Virus record (IMG/VR): IMGVR_UViG_3300013101_000005
Span: 1 to 64,000 of that record
From: a virus
Strand: one strand, 5' to 3'
Length of the DNA: 64,000 bases
Below the pieces are notes generated by a model that saw only the letters and a list, made by a program, of their open reading frames with translations, did no database searches and had not been told where the DNA came from. The translations under genes were made by a program, and so were the position numbers. Shown here one piece after another: positions 18,408-27,488 of the stretch; position 1 is the first letter of the stretch, and each line of letters opens with the position of its first letter.

Positions 18408-19448
18408 CTACCTTACTCTGTATGGCTTACCCGGTTTACTTGGAGGATCTACATCTGGGAATGGAGGAGCATAAGGTTCCGATTCTGGAGAAAAAGGTCC
18501 TTGTCTGCTTTCTGCATCCCTTCCTGCAACTCTGATCCATTGTGTAACTCCTGCAATTCCTGTATATGTAATTGAAGTTGTTTCTGTAACAGCATATGCT
18601 ACCCAATTAGGATTCCTTGCTGTTTTTACTTCTGCTATATATTGTACCACAGGTGTTCCTGTTGTTGGTGCTGTCCAAGTATATCTAGTATCTACAGGTA
18701 TATCTTCTGGTGGATCTACTGGCCCTAGAGGAAGATGTCCAAAATTGAAATTTTGAGCTACTTCAGCTTCAGTTAATTCTCTATCAAAAAGACCAAAGAA
18801 GTAAAAAGTACCTAACCAAGGTCTATCATTTGATTGTTCATTAGCTAGAGCAAAATAGTAATCTCCCCAGTTGTTAATAATACCTGCGTTAGAAGCAGAT
18901 GCAACTTTTGTGCCATTAACAAAAAGGGTAGTTACATTTAATGTGCTTCGTGTAATTACAATATGTATTAGTCCGGAACCGGCACTACTCGTCACTCCCG
19001 GCATACCATATACATCTGTAACAGAGGTTCTTATTCTAACTTCTAATTCTGATACTGCTTGTCCAACAACAAAGTTACCACCACCCGGATAACCATTTAA
19101 AGAGTAAGCCGCTATTCTAGCTGGGCCACTTTGTGTATAATTTCCTGGTTCTACCCATAATTCAACAGAGAACTCGCCAGTTGATTCTATTGTAGATATC
19201 CACCATGGACGTATTGAGGATGCAATTTTAGTAGGGGAATTTATAGTTAATCCCCCACCAAGCACCCAAGATACATTTGTTGGATCAGCAATTGTCAAAT
19301 GTATTGGAACAGGGGAAACAGCAACATCCTGAACTATGTTCCCTGTCCCCTCTGAAAACCAATACATAGACAAGATACCATCATCGACTCTTTCCTGAGC
19401 AAGTAATGGTGATGCAAGTAATAATAAAAATACTAATAACTGTTTCAT
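18408..19448 (-). CDS. Exported LamG/concanavalin-like + FN3-like protein with C-terminal PPSKPGKPYRV tail
   Basis: Signal peptide (LLA-QE); YWFSEG.G..V.D, FSVELWV, HIVIT, LFVNG, FDREL...EV; then FN3-like W..P..G...Y ... RVAGRD...QGPFS. Confidence 0.85.
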   Translation of the reverse strand: MKQLLVFLLLLASPLLAQERVDDGILSMYWFSEGTGNIVQDVAVSPVPIHLTIADPTNVSWVLGGGLTINSPTKIASSIRPWWISTIESTGEFSVELWVEPGNYTQSGPARIAAYSLNGYPGGGNFVVGQAVSELEVRIRTSVTDVYGMPGVTSSAGSGLIHIVITRSTLNVTTLFVNGTKVASASNAGIINNWGDYYFALANEQSNDRPWLGTFYFFGLFDRELTEAEVAQNFNFGHLPLGPVDPPEDIPVDTRYTWTAPTTGTPVVQYIAEVKTARNPNWVAYAVTETTSITYTGIAGVTQWIRVAGRDAESRQGPFSPESEPYAPPFPDVDPPSKPGKPYRVR

Positions 19449-19792
19449 TATTGTACTCTATAGGGCTTTCCTGGCTTGCTTGGAGGACCAAAATCTATAA
19501 TTTCAATATCTGAAATATCAGAGAATTCCCCCTGATTGTTAAAAATATCTACTCCAGCAACTTGTATCTGATAGGGTACAAGAGCATCTGCTGTAAATTC
19601 AAAATAAACAGTGTCTACTACGGTTGTAGAGAAAAGAACAGTGTCTTTATATAACTCTACTGTGTATGTCACCGCAACTGCACCAGAGTCCGGTACGTCC
19701 CATGAGAAAGCCATTGTCCCACTTGTTTGTGCCACAGCAGTTCCTGTGAATAAAACCAGTACAACCAATCCTAATAATAGTCTTTTAATCAT
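19448..19792 (-). CDS. Exported single FN3-like protein with C-terminal PPSKPGKPYRV tail
   Basis: Signal peptide (AVA-Q); FSWDVP..G...Y.V ... YQIQVAGVD...QGEFS. Confidence 0.8.
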   Translation of the reverse strand: MIKRLLLGLVVLVLFTGTAVAQTSGTMAFSWDVPDSGAVAVTYTVELYKDTVLFSTTVVDTVYFEFTADALVPYQIQVAGVDIFNNQGEFSDISDIEIIDFGPPSKPGKPYRVQ

Positions 19793-19827
19793 TTTAATCT
19801 CCTATTCTGTATTATTTAACAACTAGT

Positions 19828-19842
19828 CTATATATATAACAC
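19828..19842 (-). promoter_or_regulatory. Putative phage-specific promoter motif (copy B), upstream of the FN3 genes
   Basis: GTGTTATATATATAG. Confidence 0.55.
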
Positions 19843-19892
19843 CTTATTTTACTTTTTGGAACAAGGCTTGATTTATGAAGTCTTTTCTATTT

Positions 19893-20528
19893 TTAACATT
19901 TAATAAATGCTCCTGTAAGGTGTTTGTCATCAACTTTATAACACTCATGCACTGTGTAAGCATGTTTTAAAAACAGAGCAGATAGTGTTTTGTCATTCCA
20001 ATATGTTTTATGGTTAGGGCTACCCAATTGTCTCTCCCAAGGAATAGATATAATAAACATTCCACCAGGTTTTAATATTCTTGACATTTGTTCCATAGCT
20101 AAGTCAATATCTTCTTTAAAAAGATGTTCTAACATATGAAAAGACATCACTGTATCAAAGGACTCTTCATCAAAGTGTTTATTCAATTCTAATACATTAG
20201 AGCATACCATTGATGTTTTTTCTTTAGCTTCTTTTGTAGCATGTTCCTTTATCTTATTAAACCTATCTATAGCTGCTTGGTTTAAATTAACCCCAACTGC
20301 TTTTATTACTTTAGGATTTTCTGCTGCTATAAGAGTTGTAGCAGAATGCCCAGACCCTATATCTATAATGTTACCATAAATAAATGTTTCATATCTTTGT
20401 ATAGCTTTTACATTTGGGTGCTCTCTAATTAGAAGGAGCACAGAGCTATCTTCTATGTCTGTATTTGTTACATAATATTCTTCTGCATATTTTTCTGTAG
20501 AAGATACCGTTGTGTCTTTAGTGAACAT
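19893..20528 (-). CDS. Class I SAM-dependent methyltransferase (Methyltransf_11-like)
   Basis: IIDIGSGHS, SFDTVMSFHMLEHL, RILKPGG. Confidence 0.85.
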   Translation of the reverse strand: MFTKDTTVSSTEKYAEEYYVTNTDIEDSSVLLLIREHPNVKAIQRYETFIYGNIIDIGSGHSATTLIAAENPKVIKAVGVNLNQAAIDRFNKIKEHATKEAKEKTSMVCSNVLELNKHFDEESFDTVMSFHMLEHLFKEDIDLAMEQMSRILKPGGMFIISIPWERQLGSPNHKTYWNDKTLSALFLKHAYTVHECYKVDDKHLTGAFIKC

Positions 20529-20531
20529 ATT

Positions 20532-21299
20532 TTATAATTCTTCCTTATAATACAGTTCAAATAATAATGAATCTTTTTTTAGTATTTTTGCTTTAAGTTC
20601 TTCTGTATACCACGCATCTCTATTTCTATCATAATGATTAACATTATGGGCCGATAAGAAACTTTTATCAATTTTATCAGTAAGATCTAAATGATCTAAA
20701 ATTTTAGGCATTTCTTCATTTAAAGATTCAATTGTATACATTTTAGTACTTAATAATTGATCATGTTTTTCTTTAAATTCTTCTAAAGACATTGTACTAA
20801 TAATTCTTTCCCAATCTAAAAAATAGGTATATATATATTTATATGTTAACCACCCAGCATCTAGTTTCCCATTTCTTACTACTTTAAATAATCTGATACA
20901 GTTGTCATTTCTGTGTTGGTCACTTCTTGTCTTAAAGAAATCAATACCGTTTAAGGCACCAGACATAAATTGTTGGAAAGACATTTTAGGTAAGAACCCA
21001 AATAAACGATGTTCATCTAGGTGCTGCCACTCTTTTGAGTATACATATAAAGACATATACCATTCAAAAGGATTTCTAATTACACCAAAAACAAAAAAGT
21101 CAGAGAAGTCAAAAGATAAATCATGAATTATATTATTACTTTTCATATATTTTTGGTTTTTTATATAACCATCAATACCCTTTGCATATAATTCTGCTGT
21201 GCAAAATCCACCCAGTGGCTCTAGTATTCTTCTAACATATTTTGAAGCTGTTTTTTGGAAATATATAAAAACAAATTTGTTCTTTTTATCTATGAGCAT
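20532..21299 (-). CDS. Sulfotransferase family 2-like protein
   Basis: FVFIYFQKTAS (variant of FIHIPKTAG) and FGVIRNPFEWYMSLY. Confidence 0.7.
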   Translation of the reverse strand: MLIDKKNKFVFIYFQKTASKYVRRILEPLGGFCTAELYAKGIDGYIKNQKYMKSNNIIHDLSFDFSDFFVFGVIRNPFEWYMSLYVYSKEWQHLDEHRLFGFLPKMSFQQFMSGALNGIDFFKTRSDQHRNDNCIRLFKVVRNGKLDAGWLTYKYIYTYFLDWERIISTMSLEEFKEKHDQLLSTKMYTIESLNEEMPKILDHLDLTDKIDKSFLSAHNVNHYDRNRDAWYTEELKAKILKKDSLLFELYYKEEL

Positions 21300-22150
21300 C
21301 CTAATTCCTTTATTGCCATTTCTCTATGATTTTTCCATTGGTTACTTAATGTTTTTTGTTCATTCTCTGCATGTACTTCTAGTTTGTCTAGTGATAACCA
21401 AAAGGGTAGTGCTTGATGAATTGGGGTTGCTGTCCATAATGATATTAGTTTTTTATTAAAAGCACCAGCGATATGCATTACAACCGAATCTATTGCAATA
21501 ACCTCACTTGCAGAAGCAACGAGTGCTTTTGTTAGATTCATATCATCTATATTTATCTTTGTAGAGAATTCAAGGGAAGTACTACCTAGTTCAATTATAG
21601 TCTGCCCTTTTTCATACTTATCTCTGCAATAATTATAAACAAAAAGGAACATATCCTTTGTTAGTATTTTCCCTGTATTTCCTGGTGATATGTGTATTAC
21701 AATACTTTCATTATGACCACCAATAGACATGGCGTTTGCAAAGGAAGGTAGGTGAAGTCCAAGTTCTGTCTTAAACTCATCCCCTTTTAATTGTATTCCC
21801 ATATCTTCTGCAAATCTATAAATCTTGTGCATTCTCCAATCTTTATAACCATGTGGTGAATTGCATAAAATTGTTTTAGCTTCTAGTTTTTTTGCAAAAG
21901 TCGCTCCTTCAATTGCTATTCTCTGTAGTCCAGCACTAAAGGGGATTTCCCAAGGGTCTGACAGAATTGGATGTACATTAAATCCATATTCAAGTCCTTG
22001 AAATAATTCTACAGAGGTTTGTCCAAATCTTTTTAAGGTAGCTATATGTACTTCTGTGTCTGGATGCATCTTTTGATATTTTGCAAAAGAGGGGGTTAGC
22101 ATAACACTATCACCAAGTCCGTTACCTGTTAAAAACAAAACTTTTTTCAT
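21290..22150 (-). CDS. Glycosyltransferase family 9 (heptosyltransferase-like)
   Basis: GLGDSVMLTP N-terminal motif; IAIDSVVMHIAGAF. Confidence 0.85.
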   Translation of the reverse strand: MKKVLFLTGNGLGDSVMLTPSFAKYQKMHPDTEVHIATLKRFGQTSVELFQGLEYGFNVHPILSDPWEIPFSAGLQRIAIEGATFAKKLEAKTILCNSPHGYKDWRMHKIYRFAEDMGIQLKGDEFKTELGLHLPSFANAMSIGGHNESIVIHISPGNTGKILTKDMFLFVYNYCRDKYEKGQTIIELGSTSLEFSTKINIDDMNLTKALVASASEVIAIDSVVMHIAGAFNKKLISLWTATPIHQALPFWLSLDKLEVHAENEQKTLSNQWKNHREMAIKELGCS

Positions 22151-22701
22151 TTTACTCTCTCCATAAAGAACAGGCCACAGTCCCGTGTGTGTTTTATTTC
22201 TTTCCATTCATCTGTGATATCTAGAAATCTCATTACAGCTTTGTGAAGTTGTGGCCCAATTTTACCTTTACCTACAGTGCCATCTATAGTATAAACATCA
22301 TGAAGTACTATATACTTTTTTACCTTTTCTTGATGTATTCTTAATAAAGCACAAACATGATTGTATGTGTGCAAAGAATCTATAAATAAAAGATCTGTTT
22401 CTTCTAAGACAACCTCTAAGTCATTTGAAATAATTAATTCTAAATTTAAAGTTGTATCAGCTACTATTTCTTTTAAAACTTCCCATTCTGGCTGAGATTT
22501 AATATCCACACCAACAACCTTTTTTGGCTCACCAGCTAACCAACCATAAATAGAATTACATTTATGTACCCCTAATTCTGTAATATGATCTACTTCTTTT
22601 GCAATAGCTAATATTACATCCATATCATATATTATGGAATCTTTCAGTGGGTCTTTTTTACAAACAAGGTCATACATATCTTTAACTGATTTATTCTGCA
22701 A
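22147..22701 (-). CDS. Class I SAM methyltransferase (Methyltransf_24-like)
   Basis: ITELGV, VGVDI, DLLFIDSLHTY, YIVLHD. Confidence 0.8.
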   Translation of the reverse strand: MQNKSVKDMYDLVCKKDPLKDSIIYDMDVILAIAKEVDHITELGVHKCNSIYGWLAGEPKKVVGVDIKSQPEWEVLKEIVADTTLNLELIISNDLEVVLEETDLLFIDSLHTYNHVCALLRIHQEKVKKYIVLHDVYTIDGTVGKGKIGPQLHKAVMRFLDITDEWKEIKHTRDCGLFFMERVK

Positions 22702-22702
22702 G

Positions 22703-23389
22703 TTATCTCCTAAAAACAAGCATAGGAATGCCTGTTGTAAATACACGATCAACTTTATACCCAAATTGTCCTAAGAACCCTTCAAGATCTTTTCGTTGTT
22801 GTGGTGTGGTAGCTTCTGTAGCTATAACTGGTTTGTGCTCTTGTATTAAAGACATAGCCCCCAGTAAAGCAGATAATTCACATCCCTCTATGTCAAGTTT
22901 TATGAAAGATATCCTTTCTTTAGGATCTAATTGAGAAAATAATTTATCAATAGTTGTAGCTTTTATTTTACCATCATCTAAAACCTTTATATCCTTTACA
23001 TCTACACAAGATAGCTGTGGTTGTGTTTTAGATGGGTTTAATTCAATAAACCCTTCTTTTTCCATAAGGGCATAATGTAAAAAAACAACTTTATTTTTAT
23101 TTATAAGGTTTGTTGCACAGTTCTTTTCATACAATTCATTAAAATATAAGTCAGGATCTATAGAATAGACATGCGTAGACTTACAATGATTTGCGAAGAA
23201 TATTGTGTGATTCCCTACAAAACAACCACCATCAATGTAAGACCCTTCTAAATCTAGGGATTCTATGTAACTTAAAAAAGGAAGTTCATAAAAAGTTTTA
23301 TTCCTTCTGAAATCTCTCATAAAATGAGTTTTTTCTTCTCCATAAAAAGTGTAATCTATATCTTTATATGTAAACCTAAAAGAGTTCAT
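22703..23389 (-). CDS. FkbM-family methyltransferase
   Basis: IDGGCFVGNHT, TTIDKL, FIKLDIEGCE..ALLGA. Confidence 0.9.
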   Translation of the reverse strand: MNSFRFTYKDIDYTFYGEEKTHFMRDFRRNKTFYELPFLSYIESLDLEGSYIDGGCFVGNHTIFFANHCKSTHVYSIDPDLYFNELYEKNCATNLINKNKVVFLHYALMEKEGFIELNPSKTQPQLSCVDVKDIKVLDDGKIKATTIDKLFSQLDPKERISFIKLDIEGCELSALLGAMSLIQEHKPVIATEATTPQQRKDLEGFLGQFGYKVDRVFTTGIPMLVFRR

Positions 23390-24317
23390 TATTACTTACC
23401 TTTCCTAACAAAGTTTGACAAACAGTTTTCCAGCCATACCTGTCATGAACAAGGGAACTTCCCTGCTCTGCTATTCTTTCTCTTTCTTCTTCGTTTTCTA
23501 AGAAGTAAATCACTTTTTCATAAAGGTCTTGATCATCTGCAAAAGTTTCAAGATGTCTGCCTACTAAAAAATCAGTATGTATCTCATTTACATCTGATGT
23601 TATAACAAAGGCTCCTGCGGCCATAGACAAGGTAACTCTGTCAGAATAGCTATCAGTTCTAGATACATTAAGTACTATCTTAGCTTGATATATTTCAGAA
23701 ACTAAATTTGCATTATAAATAGGATGGTTGGCTCCAAAATTTCCATGCCAACCTTCTCCAAAAACTTTTACATTAACACCATTATTCATTAAATAGTTTA
23801 AAGATTTAAACCTCTCTGGTGTTGGGGAACCTACAAACAAAACATCATGTTTTTTATCCATGTATTTGGGGGTGAATAAGTCTAAGTCGGCCCCTTCATT
23901 TATTTTGTAGGAGTTTGGTTGTCCATTCTCTTTAAAAAAGTCAACAACTTCCATACAAGTAGCACTTGCCACTGTACAGGCAGATGCCCGTAAGTCTGCT
24001 AGTATCATCTTTGCTGTGGTTATTGGGTCCATAAACCAATAAAATGTGTTGGCTAAACTAGTTGCTATCTGCATAGCAGTAATAGGCATTGTGTCTGTTT
24101 TGCAAAAAATAATTAAATCTAGGCCACCATTATCTTTTATAGCTTTTACGGTAGTTATAAAATCTTCTTCTAGTTTTCCTTGGTTACCGTAGTACGTTTT
24201 TAAGCGTGTTCTATAGTTATAACAAATAACCGTGTGACCTAGTTTTTTTAATGCATTTGCCATAAAGGTGTTTGTGGAATGTTCTATATCACACACACCT
24301 ACAATCATTATTTTCAT
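23376..24317 (-). CDS. GT-B glycosyltransferase (CgeB/YkvP-like, Glyco_trans_1_2)
   Basis: DVLFVGS...R, VFGEGW, AKIVLN, R.....AAGAF, ERERIAE.G. Confidence 0.85.
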   Translation of the reverse strand: MKIMIVGVCDIEHSTNTFMANALKKLGHTVICYNYRTRLKTYYGNQGKLEEDFITTVKAIKDNGGLDLIIFCKTDTMPITAMQIATSLANTFYWFMDPITTAKMILADLRASACTVASATCMEVVDFFKENGQPNSYKINEGADLDLFTPKYMDKKHDVLFVGSPTPERFKSLNYLMNNGVNVKVFGEGWHGNFGANHPIYNANLVSEIYQAKIVLNVSRTDSYSDRVTLSMAAGAFVITSDVNEIHTDFLVGRHLETFADDQDLYEKVIYFLENEEERERIAEQGSSLVHDRYGWKTVCQTLLGKVSNNELF

Positions 24318-24334
24318 TACTCTCCTAACAGATC

Positions 24335-24757
24335 TTACCAATAACCACCAATTCCAATTGAAGTTCCAACAAGGTCATCATATGCAATTGATAAAACTAA
24401 TCCATTAATGTCCTGCTCTTTAAGAGGGAATGCCCATAGAAATTCAAATCCGACATCCCCCTCCAAATATTTATCCTTTGTAACAAACGCTGAATAGATA
24501 CCAACAAAAGCACCTTTGTATAATCTCTTGTTTATACCGAATCCAAAGTAAGTCATAATTATGTTTTCATCATTTGGTCGGAATGTCCCAAGTGTACCAG
24601 AGAGCCCAACTTCGTTCTCTGTACCTAGTTCTTGTAAGGTAACCCCAACGTATTCTCTGTCATCAAAATTGACTGAAATAGAGGTCTTGGTTTCTCCATA
24701 AACACTCACTGACCAAGCTAACATCATAATAACTAAACCAAGTAATAGTTTCTTCAT
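24335..24757 (-). CDS. Small outer-membrane beta-barrel-like protein
   Basis: Signal peptide, about eight amphipathic strands, C-terminal aromatic residue (GIGGYW). Confidence 0.6.
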   Translation of the reverse strand: MKKLLLGLVIMMLAWSVSVYGETKTSISVNFDDREYVGVTLQELGTENEVGLSGTLGTFRPNDENIIMTYFGFGINKRLYKGAFVGIYSAFVTKDKYLEGDVGFEFLWAFPLKEQDINGLVLSIAYDDLVGTSIGIGGYW

Positions 24758-24766
24758 TGTATTCTC

Positions 24767-25585
24767 CTATACAGCGTTTGTAAGAAGCGTCTTTCTTTTA
24801 TCTTTAGGAAGTTCTGTAAATCTACCACGATTGGGATGGCTACAATCATTACATCTCCAACGTCTATACATTCCAACTTGTGTATATTCAAATCCCTTTT
24901 TGATTAAGTTCTTAGAACCACAAGCTGTGCAACAGGGGTCACTATCACTGACGTATAAACCAAAATTAGGATGCCGTTTATCCCAAGGACGTATTTGTAA
25001 ATAAACTTCCTCTAATAAATGTACATCTTGTATATTATAATCCATCATAGTTTTCCATGCTTTAGTATCACCATTCATACACCCTATCCATAGATCAAAA
25101 TCTGTCTTATTCTTTTTACCAAGACCTAAGTATTGTCCTATATAGTCCAACTTATTTGATGTAAGACGAAATTCTCTACGTGCTGTTGTTAGGGTATCTA
25201 TAATTTTGTAAGGATCGGGTGGAGGGAAATTATGATACAAAAATCTTGCATTAACCATTGGTACATCAAATCGTGTTCCATTGTGTGCAACAACCATATC
25301 TGCTTCATTAAGTAAATCCCATAGAGGTTCTAAAAGTTTTAGATCATTTTTCTTATCTTTCTTATACATACTTTTAAAATCTGGTAACTTAAAGTTTATA
25401 ATCTTATCTTCATGTAACCATTTAGCCGCCCAACACAAAATAAATAGATCCTCTTTAATCATATCTATTGGGATATACTTTTGTCTTAGACTCCATATGT
25501 GGGTTAATACGGGGGTTGTCTCAATATCAAATACTAATATCTTAGGCCCGTCATATTTTTGTTTTGCTTTTTTACGTTTAGCCAT
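24767..25585 (-). CDS. DEDD/RNase H-like 3'-5' exonuclease with C-terminal Zn ribbon
   Basis: FDIET, AHNG..FD, IDTL, SNKLD, YNIQDV; C..CGS...C..C. Confidence 0.85.
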   Translation of the reverse strand: MAKRKKAKQKYDGPKILVFDIETTPVLTHIWSLRQKYIPIDMIKEDLFILCWAAKWLHEDKIINFKLPDFKSMYKKDKKNDLKLLEPLWDLLNEADMVVAHNGTRFDVPMVNARFLYHNFPPPDPYKIIDTLTTARREFRLTSNKLDYIGQYLGLGKKNKTDFDLWIGCMNGDTKAWKTMMDYNIQDVHLLEEVYLQIRPWDKRHPNFGLYVSDSDPCCTACGSKNLIKKGFEYTQVGMYRRWRCNDCSHPNRGRFTELPKDKRKTLLTNAV

Positions 25586-26054
25586 TAGTTGCCTTTCTTT
25601 GCCTATATTGTAGAATAAACTTTCTAGTCTCATTCATATCAATCAAAGTGCCGGGACATGTTTTGTTTCTTTTCAGTTTTTCCCAAGGTGTGTCCCTGTG
25701 CCCTATTACATTTTTTAATGGTATATTATATGCATTCATTAAATCAGATACTAAAGAAGATAACAATTGTAATTGAATATCTGTCCACTCAATATGATCC
25801 CCATGCCCTGTTACACAAATACCTATACTTTTCCTGTTGAAACCATAAGCATGGGCTCCATGATAATGTAGGGGTCTTCCTAATTCTATACTAGCTGTGT
25901 CATCAAACATTGAACCAGTAATTACATAATGATACCCTATGGTTTCCCATCCATTTTCTAAGTGCCATTGTGTTATAATTTTAGCATTTGCTTTGCCTCT
26001 AAAAGCCGCTGTATGTAATACAATATGTGTTGGAAATTTCTTAAATTCTCTCAA
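25578..26054 (-). CDS. N-acetylmuramoyl-L-alanine amidase (Amidase_2, endolysin)
   Basis: IVLHT, WH..NGW..IGYHY, GAHA.G.N..SIGIC, GHRD, K.CPG. Confidence 0.9.
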   Translation of the reverse strand: MREFKKFPTHIVLHTAAFRGKANAKIITQWHLENGWETIGYHYVITGSMFDDTASIELGRPLHYHGAHAYGFNRKSIGICVTGHGDHIEWTDIQLQLLSSLVSDLMNAYNIPLKNVIGHRDTPWEKLKRNKTCPGTLIDMNETRKFILQYRQRKATNG

Positions 26055-26073
26055 AGGCGACTCCTATCGAAAC

Positions 26074-26099
26074 GTGGGGGTAGGAAACCCCACCCCCAC
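26074..26099. terminator. GC hairpin, probable terminator
   Basis: gtgggggtagg-aaac-cccacccccac, T-rich flank. Confidence 0.55.
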
Positions 26100-26110
26100 T
26101 ATTTTTGTGA

Positions 26111-26620
26111 TTAAAGTAGATTTGCGGCACGCCTCAACTCGTTCTTAGTTAACCAAAACAAACCAGTATCACTAATGGTACGCTTTGCCATACTACGATC
26201 ATTCTGATTTACAATAGCATCTACAGCATTCTTCCATCCACCTATGCCCGATCTAGTTGCTAATAGAGTAAAATTGGATTTGGTAGCCTTAAAACTACCA
26301 TCAATCATAAAAGTAGTGATTTCCTTCTTAGCATCTCGCTTACTAATCATATTCCTAACGCCTTTGTGCCACTTAACAGTCTTCATATGAGACTCCTTCA
26401 AGTTAAACTATAGTTTTTTAACCTTAGTCATATCATAATTTATGCCTATGACTACTTTTCCTAGAAACTTTAAAGCAAGTTGCGTGCCAATTACAGTTAA
26501 GAGTACTGTAAAAAAGGTAGGTAGGCCAAAAAGACCCATAAATAGCATAACACCTACGGTAGTACATCCCAGCAGGAATGCGGCATACCTAAGGTAATCT
26601 GCTTTAGAAAATGTCTGCAT
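26111..26620 (-). other. Two small ORFs (basic 96 aa; two-TM 70 aa)
   Basis: 26111-26401 and 26408-26620. Confidence 0.6.
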
Positions 26621-27488
26621 TTTTTATCTCCTTAATGATATTATCTATTGGTATATCTCTACATGCCCAATTATTGTATGAACTTTCATTACATTTATTC
26701 CAAGAATCCCTGTACAGACAAGGTTGACAGTCCAGCCCTGCTGTTAGTATTTTTATGGTTTTATGTAATGTTGGGTGATAACTTTTAACAGAACTGGTTG
26801 CTGTAAATAAAACTAAACCAGCTTGTTTTAGTACTGCGGCAATGTGAAATGTTCCGGTGTCATTTGATATGAAAAATTTAGCGTTCTTAATTAAAGAAGC
26901 ACTTTCTTGTATTGGTAACCCTGTTTTATTAGTACCACCACTGTACTCCTCAGGTGCCCCAATATTAGCTACAGTATATCCTTTGTCTTCCAATGTTTGT
27001 ATCAGTTCCCCCATTTTAGGGTATTTACGCCTATGCCAATAAGAGGTATTTAATAATGTACATCCATTATGGACTACAAAATCAAATTCCTCAGATTCGT
27101 CTACTTCAGGAAATTTAACATTGAATAAATCTTTAGGCAGGCTCAATCCCAAATCTGTAGCTATAGAAAGGTATACTTCTACTTCATTTGTGTATGGGGA
27201 ATATATAAATTGTTTTTGTATATCATTTATTAAGGAAGTCTCTAACCTTTCGGAATTACGAAGCACTCCCTTCGTAGTGGCTAGTTCTATTCGTCCATCA
27301 TATAATCCCTTTTTATATGTTTCTACAACTTCGGCATATTCTTTAAATATCCAAGATATTGTTTCGTTAGAACAATTACTTAGATTATATATATCTACAT
27401 CTATGCCATTGAATTTTAAAACGTTAACTAAAGGGAGAACTTGAACGCAGTTGCCCATGCCTTCTCCGACACATAATAATACTTTCAT
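26604..27488 (-). CDS. Glycosyltransferase family 9
   Basis: GMGN..Q.LP, FISNDTG.FHIAA, LF..T, C.PC....C....C. Confidence 0.9.
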   Translation of the reverse strand: MKVLLCVGEGMGNCVQVLPLVNVLKFNGIDVDIYNLSNCSNETISWIFKEYAEVVETYKKGLYDGRIELATTKGVLRNSERLETSLINDIQKQFIYSPYTNEVEVYLSIATDLGLSLPKDLFNVKFPEVDESEEFDFVVHNGCTLLNTSYWHRRKYPKMGELIQTLEDKGYTVANIGAPEEYSGGTNKTGLPIQESASLIKNAKFFISNDTGTFHIAAVLKQAGLVLFTATSSVKSYHPTLHKTIKILTAGLDCQPCLYRDSWNKCNESSYNNWACRDIPIDNIIKEIKNADIF

